DNA from: Ascoidea asiatica JCM 7603
Lineage: Eukaryota > Fungi > Ascomycota
Length of the DNA stretch: 64,000 bases
Assembly: GCA_001600695.1 (NCBI GenBank)
Contig: BCKQ01000001.1
Location: 1,042,426-1,106,425, forward strand
Direction: 5' to 3'
The notes below the pieces were generated by a model. It had not been told where the DNA came from and did no database searches. It worked only from the letters and a program-made list of their open reading frames with translations. Below are positions 24,518-36,009 of the stretch, one piece after another. A program made the translations under genes and the position numbers. How positions within the stretch are numbered: position 1 is the stretch's first letter; every line of letters starts with the position of its first letter.

Positions 24518-24796
24518 AAATTTGTTCAAATAAAAGTTCAACTAAAATCTATCTTTTATGATTTTTTAATTTCAATCAGTTTCATTTTCAAATAACATTT
24601 ATGGTATATATATTCAAATATGAGTCTTGACATTATTATTTTACTCTTTCTTTTTCAATTAATGTATTCATTTTTCTTTTTAGCTTTTCAAATTTTTTCT
24701 GTCTATTTCTTCAACTTATCTGAGGTTCAAACTTTGATTTTTAAACAAAAAATTATGTAAAAATAAATTATTATATAGTCAATATATCTTAGTTAT

Positions 24797-24849
24797 AAAC
24801 AATACTGAATTATAAAAACAATACTGAATTATATAAACAAAACTGAATC
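24797..24849. repeat. 19-bp tandem repeat x3 (AAACAATACTGAATTAT core)
   Basis: Copies start at 24797, 24816 and 24835. Confidence 0.75.
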
Positions 24850-25092
24850 AATGGATAGAAAATGTATAAAAAAACAAGTCTTTTCAAATTATCTCTAAAA
24901 TACCGAATATAAGTTAAGTTCGAACGCGAAAAAAAGTGGTAAACAAGGAAATTCATATAAACGTAAACAGACAATTAAATAGCGATATTTGAACTTTTCT
25001 TTTGTTTAAACTACACCATTTATCAAATAAATTTAATCTAAATTTCTTTCATCAATTCATCAATCAACTAGCCCAAACTATAAAATTAATCA

Positions 25093-25968
25093 ATGAATCT
25101 CATAATATCAGCCATAGTAAAATTGGCAATGTTGGCTTATGTGGCTATCAAAGCTCATTCTCATAAATCTTTAACGAACGCAGGAATTTTAGCTGCAATA
25201 AGTACTGGATTAATACACTCTTTCATATTAAAATCAAATTTACATTTGTCTTTATTGTTGTGGTTTTATATTTCAAGTACAAAATTGATTCGTTCATTCA
25301 AAAAAATAATCAAAAAAAAAAATAAAATTGATCAAAGAAATTACGCTCAAGTTTTTGCTAATTCATTAAGCGCCACTTTGATAATTCTAATAATTTCATA
25401 TTTTAATCTTGAATCAAGTAATGGCCAATCTAAACTTTATAAATCATTGATAATGGGTATTATTTCTAACTATTCTGCTGCAACAGCAGATACATGGTCT
25501 TCAGAATTAGGAATTTTATCAAAATCAGATCCAATTTTAATTACAACTTTAAAAAAGTGTCCTCCTGGAACTAATGGTGGAGTATCATCATTTGGGCTAT
25601 TATCTGGAATAGCTGGTGCTTTCTCTGTTTCGTTGATTTCTATGATTTTTATTCCTTCCATTTTCGATTCAAGTAAACCTCTGGAAATTTTAATTAACCT
25701 TATCTTTATCACTCTATCAGGATCATTTGGAACTTTATTAGATTCTATTTTAGGGTCTTTATTGCAAAGCTCATTAATTGATATAAAATCTAACAAAATT
25801 GTTGAAATTAATGGTGGATTTAAGTTATCTAATGAAAAAATATTAGAACATAAAGATTATAAATCTATTAGTGGATATAATATTTTAAGTAATAATGGGG
25901 TCAACTTATTAATGACATCATTGACATCCATCATTTCAATTTTAATTTATTATAGTTATATAGCTTAG
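25093..25968 (+). CDS. TMEM19/DUF92 family integral membrane protein
   Basis: KSLT..G, QRNYAQVFANS, AATADTWSSELG, PILITTLKKCPPGTNGGVS, DSILGSLLQ, LSNNGVNLL motifs. Confidence 0.9.
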   Translation: MNLIISAIVKLAMLAYVAIKAHSHKSLTNAGILAAISTGLIHSFILKSNLHLSLLLWFYISSTKLIRSFKKIIKKKNKIDQRNYAQVFANSLSATLIILIISYFNLESSNGQSKLYKSLIMGIISNYSAATADTWSSELGILSKSDPILITTLKKCPPGTNGGVSSFGLLSGIAGAFSVSLISMIFIPSIFDSSKPLEILINLIFITLSGSFGTLLDSILGSLLQSSLIDIKSNKIVEINGGFKLSNEKILEHKDYKSISGYNILSNNGVNLLMTSLTSIISILIYYSYIA

Positions 25969-26015
25969 ATAAATTTACTTGAAATTTAGAATCATGATTT
26001 AGCTTGAACATTAGC

Positions 26016-27120
26016 TTAAATATTACGACAATTGCTTATATTTAATAAAAATATATCTTCTGCTCCCTTTGCTTTTAAATTATCCATAACTAATCCACTT
26101 TCATTTTTTTCTATAACGACTCCAACAGCAACCCAATCTTCTTCCACTTCCTCCTTATCTTCTCCTTTTGAAAAACTTGGAAGTAATGGTGATACTGTAG
26201 GTGCTTTTTTATACGGTGTTACTTTCAAAATTTCCTCCAACTTAGACTTAGGACAGTTATAATTGCAAAATAAATATTCTGCGCTATCAACAACACCTTC
26301 AATTCTATGTTTTATTGTGTGAATTAAATCTTCAAATGGTGGATCTAAAGAGCTAATTAAATTAATTCCTTTATATTCGAAAGCTTCGGTTGATAATTCA
26401 TTTACATTAATTTCTTCCAATAATGTCATTGAATTGGAGATTAAATTCAAATCCAGAAAATCTACAATTGCATCCGAAATTCCTAATGAACAAGCAGTTT
26501 CAATAGAGCCAGATAAATGTCTGATTTTCGTCTGTATATCTTTTCTATTTTCCAATTTTTGAAAATATAATCTGGTTATATGAGTGAAATTTGTTGAAAT
26601 TGTTTTACCTATTAAATCTTTAGAAGTTTTGTAAAAATTTTTATCTTTCGACGATATTTGTAAAGTCAAAACTGAATTTATATCTATGTTAACATCAGAT
26701 TTTAATTTAGAAGGTGGAATTGTATTGTTAGAAAAAAAGGAGGATAGATTCATTATTAATTTTATTTCATTTTCTAGATCAGATTCAATAATATTGAATT
26801 GATTAACAATACCTAGAGTACATTTACCATTTGCTACAAAATTTGGAATATCAGCTTCCGGTAAAAAAATTAAGGCTATTGGTAGATTTTTAGATAGTGC
26901 TATATCTTGCCTATTCTTCCTTTTGAATATAATATCGGAACCTTCTAATAATTGCATACATTTATTATGAATATTTCCCTCTGATTAAAATAAAATGTTG
27001 CTTGAAGTTAGTCTCAATCATTTGGTTTTTATTTCAGATAGAATAAATAAGGTAGTAAAATCACATACTCTTAGGAATTGCAAATAACAATAAATCACTT
27101 AAGTTATCAATTATTTCCAT
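26016..27120 (-). CDS. ATP phosphoribosyltransferase (His1) homologue with degenerate catalytic motifs; 2 exons (27120-27069, 26980-26016), 338 aa
   Basis: Exon 1 encodes MEIIDNLSDLLLFAIPK. The intron 27068-26981 has a GTATGT donor, GACTAAC branch and CAG acceptor. Splicing restores FAIPKKG in frame. His1-like segments: RKNRQDIAL, IFLPEADIPNFV..G, C-terminal APTVSPL...WVAV...MDNLKAKGAEDIFLLNISNCR. Confidence 0.85.
26981..27068 (-). other. Spliceosomal intron (88 nt) of the HIS1-like gene
   Basis: GTATGT...GACTAAC...TTTTAATCAG on the minus strand; phase-1 join gives an AAG codon. Confidence 0.88.
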
Positions 27121-30103
27121 TTTTGAGAAAAAGATCTTTTTCGAATATTGAATTTTAATATATAGAATAAAAAAATTAAAACTGTTTTTGAATTTTTTCG
27201 AGAAATTAATACATTTAAATGCTGAAATTTATAGAAAATAACATTATGAAAAAGAAATAAAAGAAATTAATCGTTTATATTATTTAAAAGTAATTCGACT
27301 TTGATTTTCATTGATTAAAACATTGAATATTGGCTCTGAATCTTTTAATGGGTGGAAAATAGCCATAAATATAACCAAATTTGTAAGAGATTGAAAAATT
27401 GTATAGCCAATCAAACTTAATTGTTTTTCAATTGTCTTAAAAGGAGAATATTTCGTTAATTGATTCCCGATAAAATCTGTTGAGCAAAATTGTTAACGAT
27501 TGTTATGAGTTTTTTTTGATATTTTTTTTGATTTTTCGCGAGTTATCAGTTACAACCGAAATTGATTAGGGGTTATTTATTAAGAATATTTCACCAAGAG
27601 TAAATATGGAATGTGGTTGATTTTTATTTTAGTATGAAGTATTTTTCAAAAGCTGAAAGCATATGTTTAGGGAAATTTTATGGAAATATATAATGAATCG
27701 TAATAAAATATAATTACTTTTTCTTTTTCTTTTTCTTCTTTACAATAAAAGATTGTTCAACAAAAGCCCTAGGCACGCCTAGGAACCCTATGAATCATAT
27801 AATAGGTAAGTGGACCTAAATATTAGATCAGAGTTGAGCACAGTAATGGATGTCATATTTTTTCAGTAATATATGAATATATGAATAAGAAGGATATTGA
27901 TAGGTTCAATTTAATTCATACTTAATCCATCAAAGTATTATTCAGCCTTGAATTGGTTGTACCCTGCTTTTTAATTAAATTCAATCAAATTATTCAATTA
28001 AACTTAAACTTCAGTTTTTTTGAGTAACTTGTGGTCAGATTGACAGAATATAATAAAAAATCAAGCAATGTTATTAAAAATACTTTTTAAAATCAAAAAA
28101 AAAAATTATTCTTTTTTATTTGAGTGTTTTAATTCTTTTACAAAATTAAAGTAATACAGTACCAATCAAAGTTTTAATAACTTTATACAAATCTCATCAT
28201 AATACTCAAAAATAAAAAGTTACTTAATTTAAAAGGAAGTTTATTCTTAAGAATTTTTTAATTCCTTATCAAATTCCAATACGCTACTACTGTAAACTTT
28301 ACTATCAGTAATGGATAATAATTTTTTTTATCGGAATAGGTAACCTTTAACTTTTATTGAATATTCAAATCAATTTGACGCAAAAGAAAAAAAGCAAATT
28401 ATAAATTAGAAAAATATCAAAAAAAAAGAAATACGAAGCAACACTGAGTGTGTAATTTTACTTCAAATTGATTCAAACAAAAAAAAAGTTTGTATCCAAG
28501 ATTGATCAAGTCCCTTTGAAAGAAGTGTTTGAATACTAAAAGCACTTCTTTATCATGAAAAACCTCAAAATATTTCAAAAGTGCTTCATGAATATTTTAA
28601 ATTTAAATTGGGGGTTTTCCCCAATCTAGAAATAAAAAAACAAAAAATTAAAAAAACACGGACTTTCAAAGCTGCGTGCCGGGTCCCGTGATACAGAACA
28701 CAAGCAGCCGCGGGAACACCGACGAGCCGTGGCAAATTCTTTCCCCAGCACTAAATTCAAGCGAGGCCGCCAAGAGATAGGTGCGAGCGTGCGACTGTTT
28801 CCCGTGATAGTTGCCAGCGACAGTTAATCCGGACCGCTGCATATATTAAGCCTTCCTGAAAGCAGAGGTTTAGGCTACTTACCGGAGGTACATGTGTCCA
28901 CGATAGTTTCCACGGTGCGCGGTACGTGCCGCACCGCTGCTTTCCGCAGAACCGTAGTGTTTATTATTGGAATCCGCACTAATTTACATAATCCGCGGCC
29001 TGTCTATAAAATATCCACGAAATATCCGCTGCTTCCTTCCTAGTAAAAAGTAAGCTGAAAACCTTATTTTTACTTCTTGAGCTTCTTGGGCCTCTTGCGC
29101 TCTTTGGGGTTTAGCCAGTCGATAGTCTAAATAAATTAGACTAATTTTCCAATTTCCATAGGCTACTACTATAATGGGAAATAAAATATAAAAAATTCTA
29201 TGAAAAAATTAAAGGAAACACCAAGTAAAGACAAACAAGATGAAATAGGATGAGTTTGTTTTGTTTTCTTCGATAACAAAAGAAGAATTCGCTCTAAGCT
29301 TCAATATGTTTACTTGACAATTGCTTTTGCTTTGGAATTCACCTTAGAAAATCCAATTGTAGGGCCAATTACCTAGAAAAAAAATAAACTTTAAGTCTGA
29401 GAGTTTTAGTTTAAATTTCAATAGTAATTAAAGTACTCTGCATAACTTTTTCGATTGGCATTAAATTTTTCAATCGTTAGCAATTACTTCTAAAAGTTTT
29501 GTAACAAAAAAAAAATAATCTCATATCAAACATAAAAAAAAAAAAGTTTACTTTTCTTTTTTTAGTTCGTTTTTACAACACTCCAAACCCAGATGTTGAT
29601 GTACACTGGCAAAAATATTTCTTTTATCTATCTATTACTAAATAAAAAATTTTAAAAAATTTAAATATTTTCAATGTTGAAATCAGTATACTCATCTACA
29701 TACAAAATATTGATAAGAACGAATGTAAGACTCTCATTGTCAAATTAGAAGTATATGAATAATACACTACATATATCTTAAAATATTTTAATATAATACA
29801 GAAATATGTATATGAATAATAAATATAAATAATCTAAAATTTCCCTTTTTTTATTCTAATTATTTTCAAGTTAAAATTTCTTCAGATATCCTCTCAATTA
29901 GAATAATCATTATCTCTTATACTTCAAAACAAGTATTCTTATTAATTATATAATATAATAATAATAATAATAATAATAGTAATAATAATAATTAGAGTAA
30001 TATTGTTATTATCTAGAAATATATTAATAATTATTTTATAAATATATATAAATTTTGAAATAGAAAATAAAAGAGTTTATTAAAAAAAATCATAAGCATA
30101 AAA

Positions 30104-31618
30104 ATGGCAGAAGATCTTGAAAAGAAAGTGGACTCTTCAGAAGTTCATTCTGAAAATGAATTTCATGAATATGGTGAAATTGAACCAAAAGATCAATCAA
30201 TTTGGTCTAAAATTGGTTCTGTATTAAATGCAGAAATTAGAGGTGTTGAAAGAGTTCCTGAAGAAGAAAAAACTGAAAATTCTTTATGGAATGCAGCTTC
30301 AATGTGGTTAGCAGCAAATTTAGTTATTGCAACTTTTTCTTTAGGTGCTTTAGGTATTACTCTTTTTGCTCTTAATTTTTATCAATGTGTTCTTGTAATT
30401 ATTTTTTTTAATTTAATGGGTACAACTGCTGTTGCTTTTTTCTCTATTTTTGGTGCAAAATATGGTTTAAGACAAATGATTTTTTCTGTATTTTTCATTG
30501 GTGATTGGGGTATGAGAATTTTTTCTTTTATAAATTGTGTAGCAACAATTGGTTGGTCTGCTGTTAATACTATGGCTGCTGCTCAATTATTACATATTGT
30601 TAATAATGGTGCTTTACCACCATGGGCTGGTTGTTTAATAATTATTATAATGACTATTATTGTTTCATTTTTTGGTTATAAAGTTATTCATCTTTATGAA
30701 ATGTATTCATGGATTCCAAATATGATTGTATTTATTATTATGATTGCAAGAATGAAAATGTCAGGAAATTTCACTGCAGGTGAATGGGCTTCAGGTAAAA
30801 CTGCAGCTGGTGATGTATTATCATTTGGTGGTACTGTTTTTGGTTTTGCAAGTGGTTGGACAACATATGCATCTGATTTCACAACTTATCAAAGATCAAA
30901 TACAAATCCATATAAAATTTTTTTTGCAATTTTAACTGGTTTAACTTTACCATTAATTTTTACAATGATTTTAGGTGCAGCATGTGCAACAGGTACACTT
31001 ACAGATGCTAAATGGGCTACATTATATGATGAATATTCAGTTGGTGGTTTATGTTATGCAGTTTTAGTTGAAGATTCCTTACATGGTTTTGGACAATTTT
31101 GTTGTGTATTATTAGCACTTTCAACTGTTTCAAATAATTTACCAAATATGTATTCAATTGCAATGAGTGCACAAGCAGTTTCGTCAGTTTTTAGAAAAAT
31201 TCCAAGAATATTCTGGACTTTATTTGGTAATTTTGTTTCTTTAGCTATTTGTATTCCAGCATATTATAAATTTGCAGATGTTATGGATAACTTTATGAAT
31301 TTAATTGGATATTATTTAGCTATATATATTTCAATGTGTTTATCAGAACATATAATTTGGAGAAGAGGATTTTCAGGATATGTTCCAGAAGATTATTTAG
31401 ATAAATCAAAAGTTCCAATTGGTATCGCAGGTACATTTGGATTTTGTTGTGGTGTTGCAGGAACTGTTTTAGGTATGAATCAAACTTGGTATATGGGTGT
31501 TTTAGCTAAAAAAATTGGTGATTATGGAGGAGATATTGGTTTTGAATTAGCTTTTGGATTTGCATTTATTGGATTCAATGCTGTTCGTCCATTAGAACTT
31601 AAGTATTTTGGTCGTTAA
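30104..31618 (+). CDS. FCY2: Purine-cytosine permease (Fcy2/Fcy21 subfamily of NCS1)
   Basis: LNAEIRGVERVP, SMWLAANLVIA, GLRQM, GWSAVN, GWTTYASDFT, NNLPNMYS, MNQTWYMG, GGDIGFEL, RPLELKYFGR. Confidence 0.88.
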   Translation: MAEDLEKKVDSSEVHSENEFHEYGEIEPKDQSIWSKIGSVLNAEIRGVERVPEEEKTENSLWNAASMWLAANLVIATFSLGALGITLFALNFYQCVLVIIFFNLMGTTAVAFFSIFGAKYGLRQMIFSVFFIGDWGMRIFSFINCVATIGWSAVNTMAAAQLLHIVNNGALPPWAGCLIIIIMTIIVSFFGYKVIHLYEMYSWIPNMIVFIIMIARMKMSGNFTAGEWASGKTAAGDVLSFGGTVFGFASGWTTYASDFTTYQRSNTNPYKIFFAILTGLTLPLIFTMILGAACATGTLTDAKWATLYDEYSVGGLCYAVLVEDSLHGFGQFCCVLLALSTVSNNLPNMYSIAMSAQAVSSVFRKIPRIFWTLFGNFVSLAICIPAYYKFADVMDNFMNLIGYYLAIYISMCLSEHIIWRRGFSGYVPEDYLDKSKVPIGIAGTFGFCCGVAGTVLGMNQTWYMGVLAKKIGDYGGDIGFELAFGFAFIGFNAVRPLELKYFGR

Positions 31619-33009
31619 ATCAAATAGTATCCATGATTGTCTTTTTATATCTCTATTTTTATCAATTATTTTTTTTTTCAATTCTCCCTGAATTCTTTTG
31701 TTGATTGTTTTCTGTTTGATATTATGATTATTATTTTTTTTTTAGTGATTCATTTTATTATTCTTCTTTTCTCATTCAAATATAAATTATATTTCTGATC
31801 ATTTCTTTGTATTCTTCTTTTTCTTTATTATTCTGAAAATAGTTTTTCCTAAATATATTTACCAGTTGTAAGTTTTATTCTAGCTAAAGATAAGCCTTTG
31901 AAAGAATAGTTTTCCTCTTTTCTTGCATACAACATTGGCAATTAAAAACATTTAGAGTGCCATAAAATATATGCCATAGTGAAACACATAATCACTGGTT
32001 TATTTCTGTGCACATACATTTTCATTATCTCTCAAAGGGCCCAAGAAACGGAAACGAGCAATAAACCCAATCCCAAACCGTGTCCCGATAAAAGAGGAGG
32101 CTGCCTGCTTTTTCTTATCTTCCTGCGCTTTTTCAAGGCCTCTTTTTAGGCTTCAGCCAAAATTTCTGGCCAGAAATAAGGATTCCAACCAGGATTTAAA
32201 ATTTGGATTGAAACAAGAAGAGAAAACAGGATTGAAAACACTGTCAATTGCGTGCTTTTCCGTTTCAATTCCAGCGCTGTACGGATTTCAGAGCGGCCAA
32301 ACGCGTGACTGAGCAATTGGATAAACACCCAAAAGCAGCAGGTGGCAGAGGAAGTAGAATGAAAAACGGCACCAAAAATTAAGATTTCTTCAGCTGCCCT
32401 TATCTTCGTAAATCTGTAAAAAAACTCTTTTCCTGCATTTGGGTTTTTCCGACGTTTATTAGTCGCTGTTCGAATAAATTTATAATTATTCTCAATTGTA
32501 TTTTTTATTGAAAAAAGAATAAAATAATATAATAGAATGATAAATTAATATTTGAAAAATTCAAAGAGGAAATAATTTGCTTGCCAGTCAAATATTTTCA
32601 ATTTATGTTTCGTGTTTTTTTCAAATACTTCAGTTGTTTTCTGTTTGTGTTTTACTTTTCACTTTAAATGTATCATCTTATTTAACTATCCAATTTTTTT
32701 GAATTATGTTAAATCTGATCAATAAAAATTATTAACATAAAATCATTAACCCTTAAAACCTTTGCTTTTAGTTACAGCTGAGACTATTTAATCATCAATA
32801 TTCAAATAGTCTCGAAAATAAGTTAAATCACCAGATTAACATTATTCTCGTAAAAACCCTCGTTTAACGAAAAAAATACCAAAAAAAATATTATTAAACC
32901 GAAATAATGAAAAAATAAAAGGCTAAATGATTACTGATTCTATTCAAAAGTTTAGTGAAAATTTTTAAAATTAATATTAGTATTTTTTTCAAAAGTCAAT
33001 GAAAAAAAA

Positions 33010-36009
33010 TTATTCCAAGTCGTTCGTAGGTATTTTTTGACTGGAAAGTAATAAAATACTATTTTCAATTCTCAAATTGTCTAATTCCTTTTTATGATCA
33101 TTGTTTCTTTTAATTAATCTTTCTATTCTCTTTCTTTGTTTTTGAATCAATAATTCACCTCTGGAAGTAGTTTGAATTTCACTTTGAATTTGGGGTTCAT
33201 TTCGTATTTGAGATTGTATTTGACTTTGGCTTTGAGTTTGATTATTATTGAAGTTATAAAGTTTCGGCTGATTTGTTAAACTATTAGAATTTTGATCTTT
33301 ATTAGAACTAAATTCAGCATTGTTATTTCCATTATTATTAATATTTGCATTACTATTGGTAGTAATGTTTGTTTTTGGGTTTGAATTATTGGTATTATTA
33401 ATACTATTAGTGTTATTATTGATATTATTGATATTATTAGAGCCGTTGTTTATACTGGGATATGATAAATTTGAGCTAAAATTAGACTCAGTAACTGGAT
33501 TAATCATTGAGTTTATACTCATACCATTATTATTGGAATAATTATCATTGGAATTTCGATAATAATCATTTTCAAAACCAGCATTATCCAATGTTCTTTT
33601 CCTGCTCAAATTCATATTATTTGAGCTATTGATATTATTCATATTATTTATGCTATTCAAATTATTCAAATTATTCATATTCAGATTATTCATATTATTC
33701 ATATTATTCATATTACCTATATTGCTCAAGTTATTTATATTACTTATGTTACTTATATTATTCATATTACTCAAGTTGTTTAGATTAGTTACATTGTTAT
33801 TATTACTTATAGTATTCATATTATTGATGGTATTTAAATTATTCATATTATTCATATTATTAATGTTGTTAAGATTACTCATATTACTCATATCATTCAT
33901 ATTGATATTATTGATTGAATTTATAGAGTTCACCGAGTTTATATCGTTAATTCCAGTTACATTATTCATTCCATTTAACGAGTCTAATTGGTTTATGTGA
34001 TTCATATTATTTATTTGGTTCATTTGATTGAGGTGAGATATTTGATTATTTTGATTAACCGGGTTTATTTGATTACCATTTATTGAATTGGATGAATTGA
34101 ATGAACCTACTGCATTTAAAATTTGAGTAGCAACTAAATTATCAGGATTTGATTCAAATGTTGTATTTCTTTCTTGATTTTGTTCTGATTCCGGGCCAAG
34201 ATCATCATCATCATCATCATCATCTTCATCAATATCTCGAGTATTTTGACTATCCTGATTCAAATCATTATCATTATCATTATCACCTTGTTGATTTGTT
34301 GGTTCTAATAAATCGGCAAAATCTTCATTCAAATTAACTTTTGAGGCAAACTTTTTAATCATCAAATTACCAAAACTTAAAACTTGATCTCGGGTTAAGT
34401 AATTTTTTTCATTATTACAAATTTGTTTGATTAAATCTGCAGCATTTTGCTTCCTTGCAATAGCCCATTCTTCTTTACCATAAATATTTGCAGTATCGAA
34501 ACAGTTTTTAATATTTTGTTCTTTGAGAATTAAATTTCTACTAAATATAAAATCTTTTAAAAATTTTGTTCTTTTATTTTGCAAATTTATATCATATTCT
34601 TTCAAATCATTAGGGTCTTCAATAGATTGATTGATAAAAGGATAATCACTATCATTAAAGCTATCATTATCTTGATTTTGGTTTTGGAGATAATCATCAT
34701 CTTCATCATTTCCATTATCATTTTCTTCTTCACTAAAAGTTTCTTCTCTCAAATTAAAAGCATTGGAAATAGGGTTCAAAGAACTATTAGATGGATGATT
34801 TGATCGATTATTAGAATAAATACATTCATCTGATAAAGCTTGCAATATTGAGTCAATAACTTTAGAATTTGCAAGGTTATTGATACTTCTGTGAATTAAT
34901 TTGAATTTACTATATAATAATAAATCCAACGGCTGTAAATAACCAGAAAAATGAGCTGGGATCGTAGCAATTATAATTTTTTTGTCCTTACAAAACTCTT
35001 GAACAAATTTTGAGTCATGACTGGAATGACCATCAAAAATCAATAACCTATATTCATTTTCATTTATTGGTTTTGTTAAAGAATGAAAATGCTCTAACCA
35101 TTCTTTAAATAAATCTTGATTTACGAAACCAGTTAGGCTTGCTCTAAATAACCAATTTCTACAGTCTTTTGAATCAGATATACATTTATCAATAACAGGA
35201 ACTTTTGAAGAAGAATTGAATATTATCATTGGAGGTAAAATTTGAGAAGTTTTACTAATACATTCTAGAACTGTAATCAATTTTTCATTTGAATCTATAT
35301 TTGGATTATTAGCTAAAAAATTTGATTGGATTAAAGGATTAAGATAAGAAGATTCTATTGGAAATAGAGTATTTTCAGTCATTGTGAATATTTGATTTGA
35401 AGTTATGTTTTTCTCAAAAATATAATCATTAATTTGCTTTAAGTAAGTTCTAATTTCATCATTTAATTTTGATTGATATCTTTCATTATTATGATTTTTC
35501 CAAATTCTCTGTAATTTTATATTATTTGAAGATAATAAATTATAAACAAAATTTGCTCCAGTTTCAATATCATATATTGAACTCAATGCTCTTTTATAAT
35601 TTTCTACATAAACAGTAGAATTTTGAGATACAGAAGATAATTTATGAAATTGAGATCGTCTATTATATATTAATAGCTTTATAATTGAAGAAAATTGCTT
35701 TTTAGTTAATGGTACCAAATATTTTGACAATTCTTTAGCCAATTGTAAAAGTAAATCTTTATCATAATCATTAACCTTTCTTTGATTATAACCACTGCCG
35801 ACAAGAGTTGTTTCTTGTTTAATTCTTCTCATTAAATTTCTCCTATCAATTTTAAAAAAATTAGAGGCTCGTCTTCCAGACATTATACCTAATTGAATAC
35901 TCTGGATTGCAAGGTTAATTCTTTTACTTTTCTTAAGTTTAAGAACTTCTTCTTCATTTGGTTGAACATTATTTGTCAACTTTGAAGAATTTGCTTCAAG
36001 AGCAGACAT
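33010..36009 (-). CDS. pogo/Fot1 (DDE_1, CENP-B-like) transposase-derived protein with Asn-rich and coiled-coil C-terminus; probably domesticated
   Basis: N-terminal psq-type HTH (AIQSIQLGIMSGRRASNFFKIDRRNLMRR); ITVLECIS..ILPPMIIF, GFVNQDLFKEWLEHF, RLLIFDGHSSH, IPAHFSGYLQPLD. The first catalytic Asp is replaced (FTMTEN vs N/xMDET). Confidence 0.85.
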   Translation of the reverse strand: MSALEANSSKLTNNVQPNEEEVLKLKKSKRINLAIQSIQLGIMSGRRASNFFKIDRRNLMRRIKQETTLVGSGYNQRKVNDYDKDLLLQLAKELSKYLVPLTKKQFSSIIKLLIYNRRSQFHKLSSVSQNSTVYVENYKRALSSIYDIETGANFVYNLLSSNNIKLQRIWKNHNNERYQSKLNDEIRTYLKQINDYIFEKNITSNQIFTMTENTLFPIESSYLNPLIQSNFLANNPNIDSNEKLITVLECISKTSQILPPMIIFNSSSKVPVIDKCISDSKDCRNWLFRASLTGFVNQDLFKEWLEHFHSLTKPINENEYRLLIFDGHSSHDSKFVQEFCKDKKIIIATIPAHFSGYLQPLDLLLYSKFKLIHRSINNLANSKVIDSILQALSDECIYSNNRSNHPSNSSLNPISNAFNLREETFSEEENDNGNDEDDDYLQNQNQDNDSFNDSDYPFINQSIEDPNDLKEYDINLQNKRTKFLKDFIFSRNLILKEQNIKNCFDTANIYGKEEWAIARKQNAADLIKQICNNEKNYLTRDQVLSFGNLMIKKFASKVNLNEDFADLLEPTNQQGDNDNDNDLNQDSQNTRDIDEDDDDDDDDLGPESEQNQERNTTFESNPDNLVATQILNAVGSFNSSNSINGNQINPVNQNNQISHLNQMNQINNMNHINQLDSLNGMNNVTGINDINSVNSINSINNINMNDMSNMSNLNNINNMNNMNNLNTINNMNTISNNNNVTNLNNLSNMNNISNISNINNLSNIGNMNNMNNMNNLNMNNLNNLNSINNMNNINSSNNMNLSRKRTLDNAGFENDYYRNSNDNYSNNNGMSINSMINPVTESNFSSNLSYPSINNGSNNINNINNNTNSINNTNNSNPKTNITTNSNANINNNGNNNAEFSSNKDQNSNSLTNQPKLYNFNNNQTQSQSQIQSQIRNEPQIQSEIQTTSRGELLIQKQRKRIERLIKRNNDHKKELDNLRIENSILLLSSQKIPTNDLE

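Noticed and set aside
27768-27783. Palindrome CCTAGGC-AC-GCCTAGG
   Set aside because: Single isolated occurrence with no supporting context.
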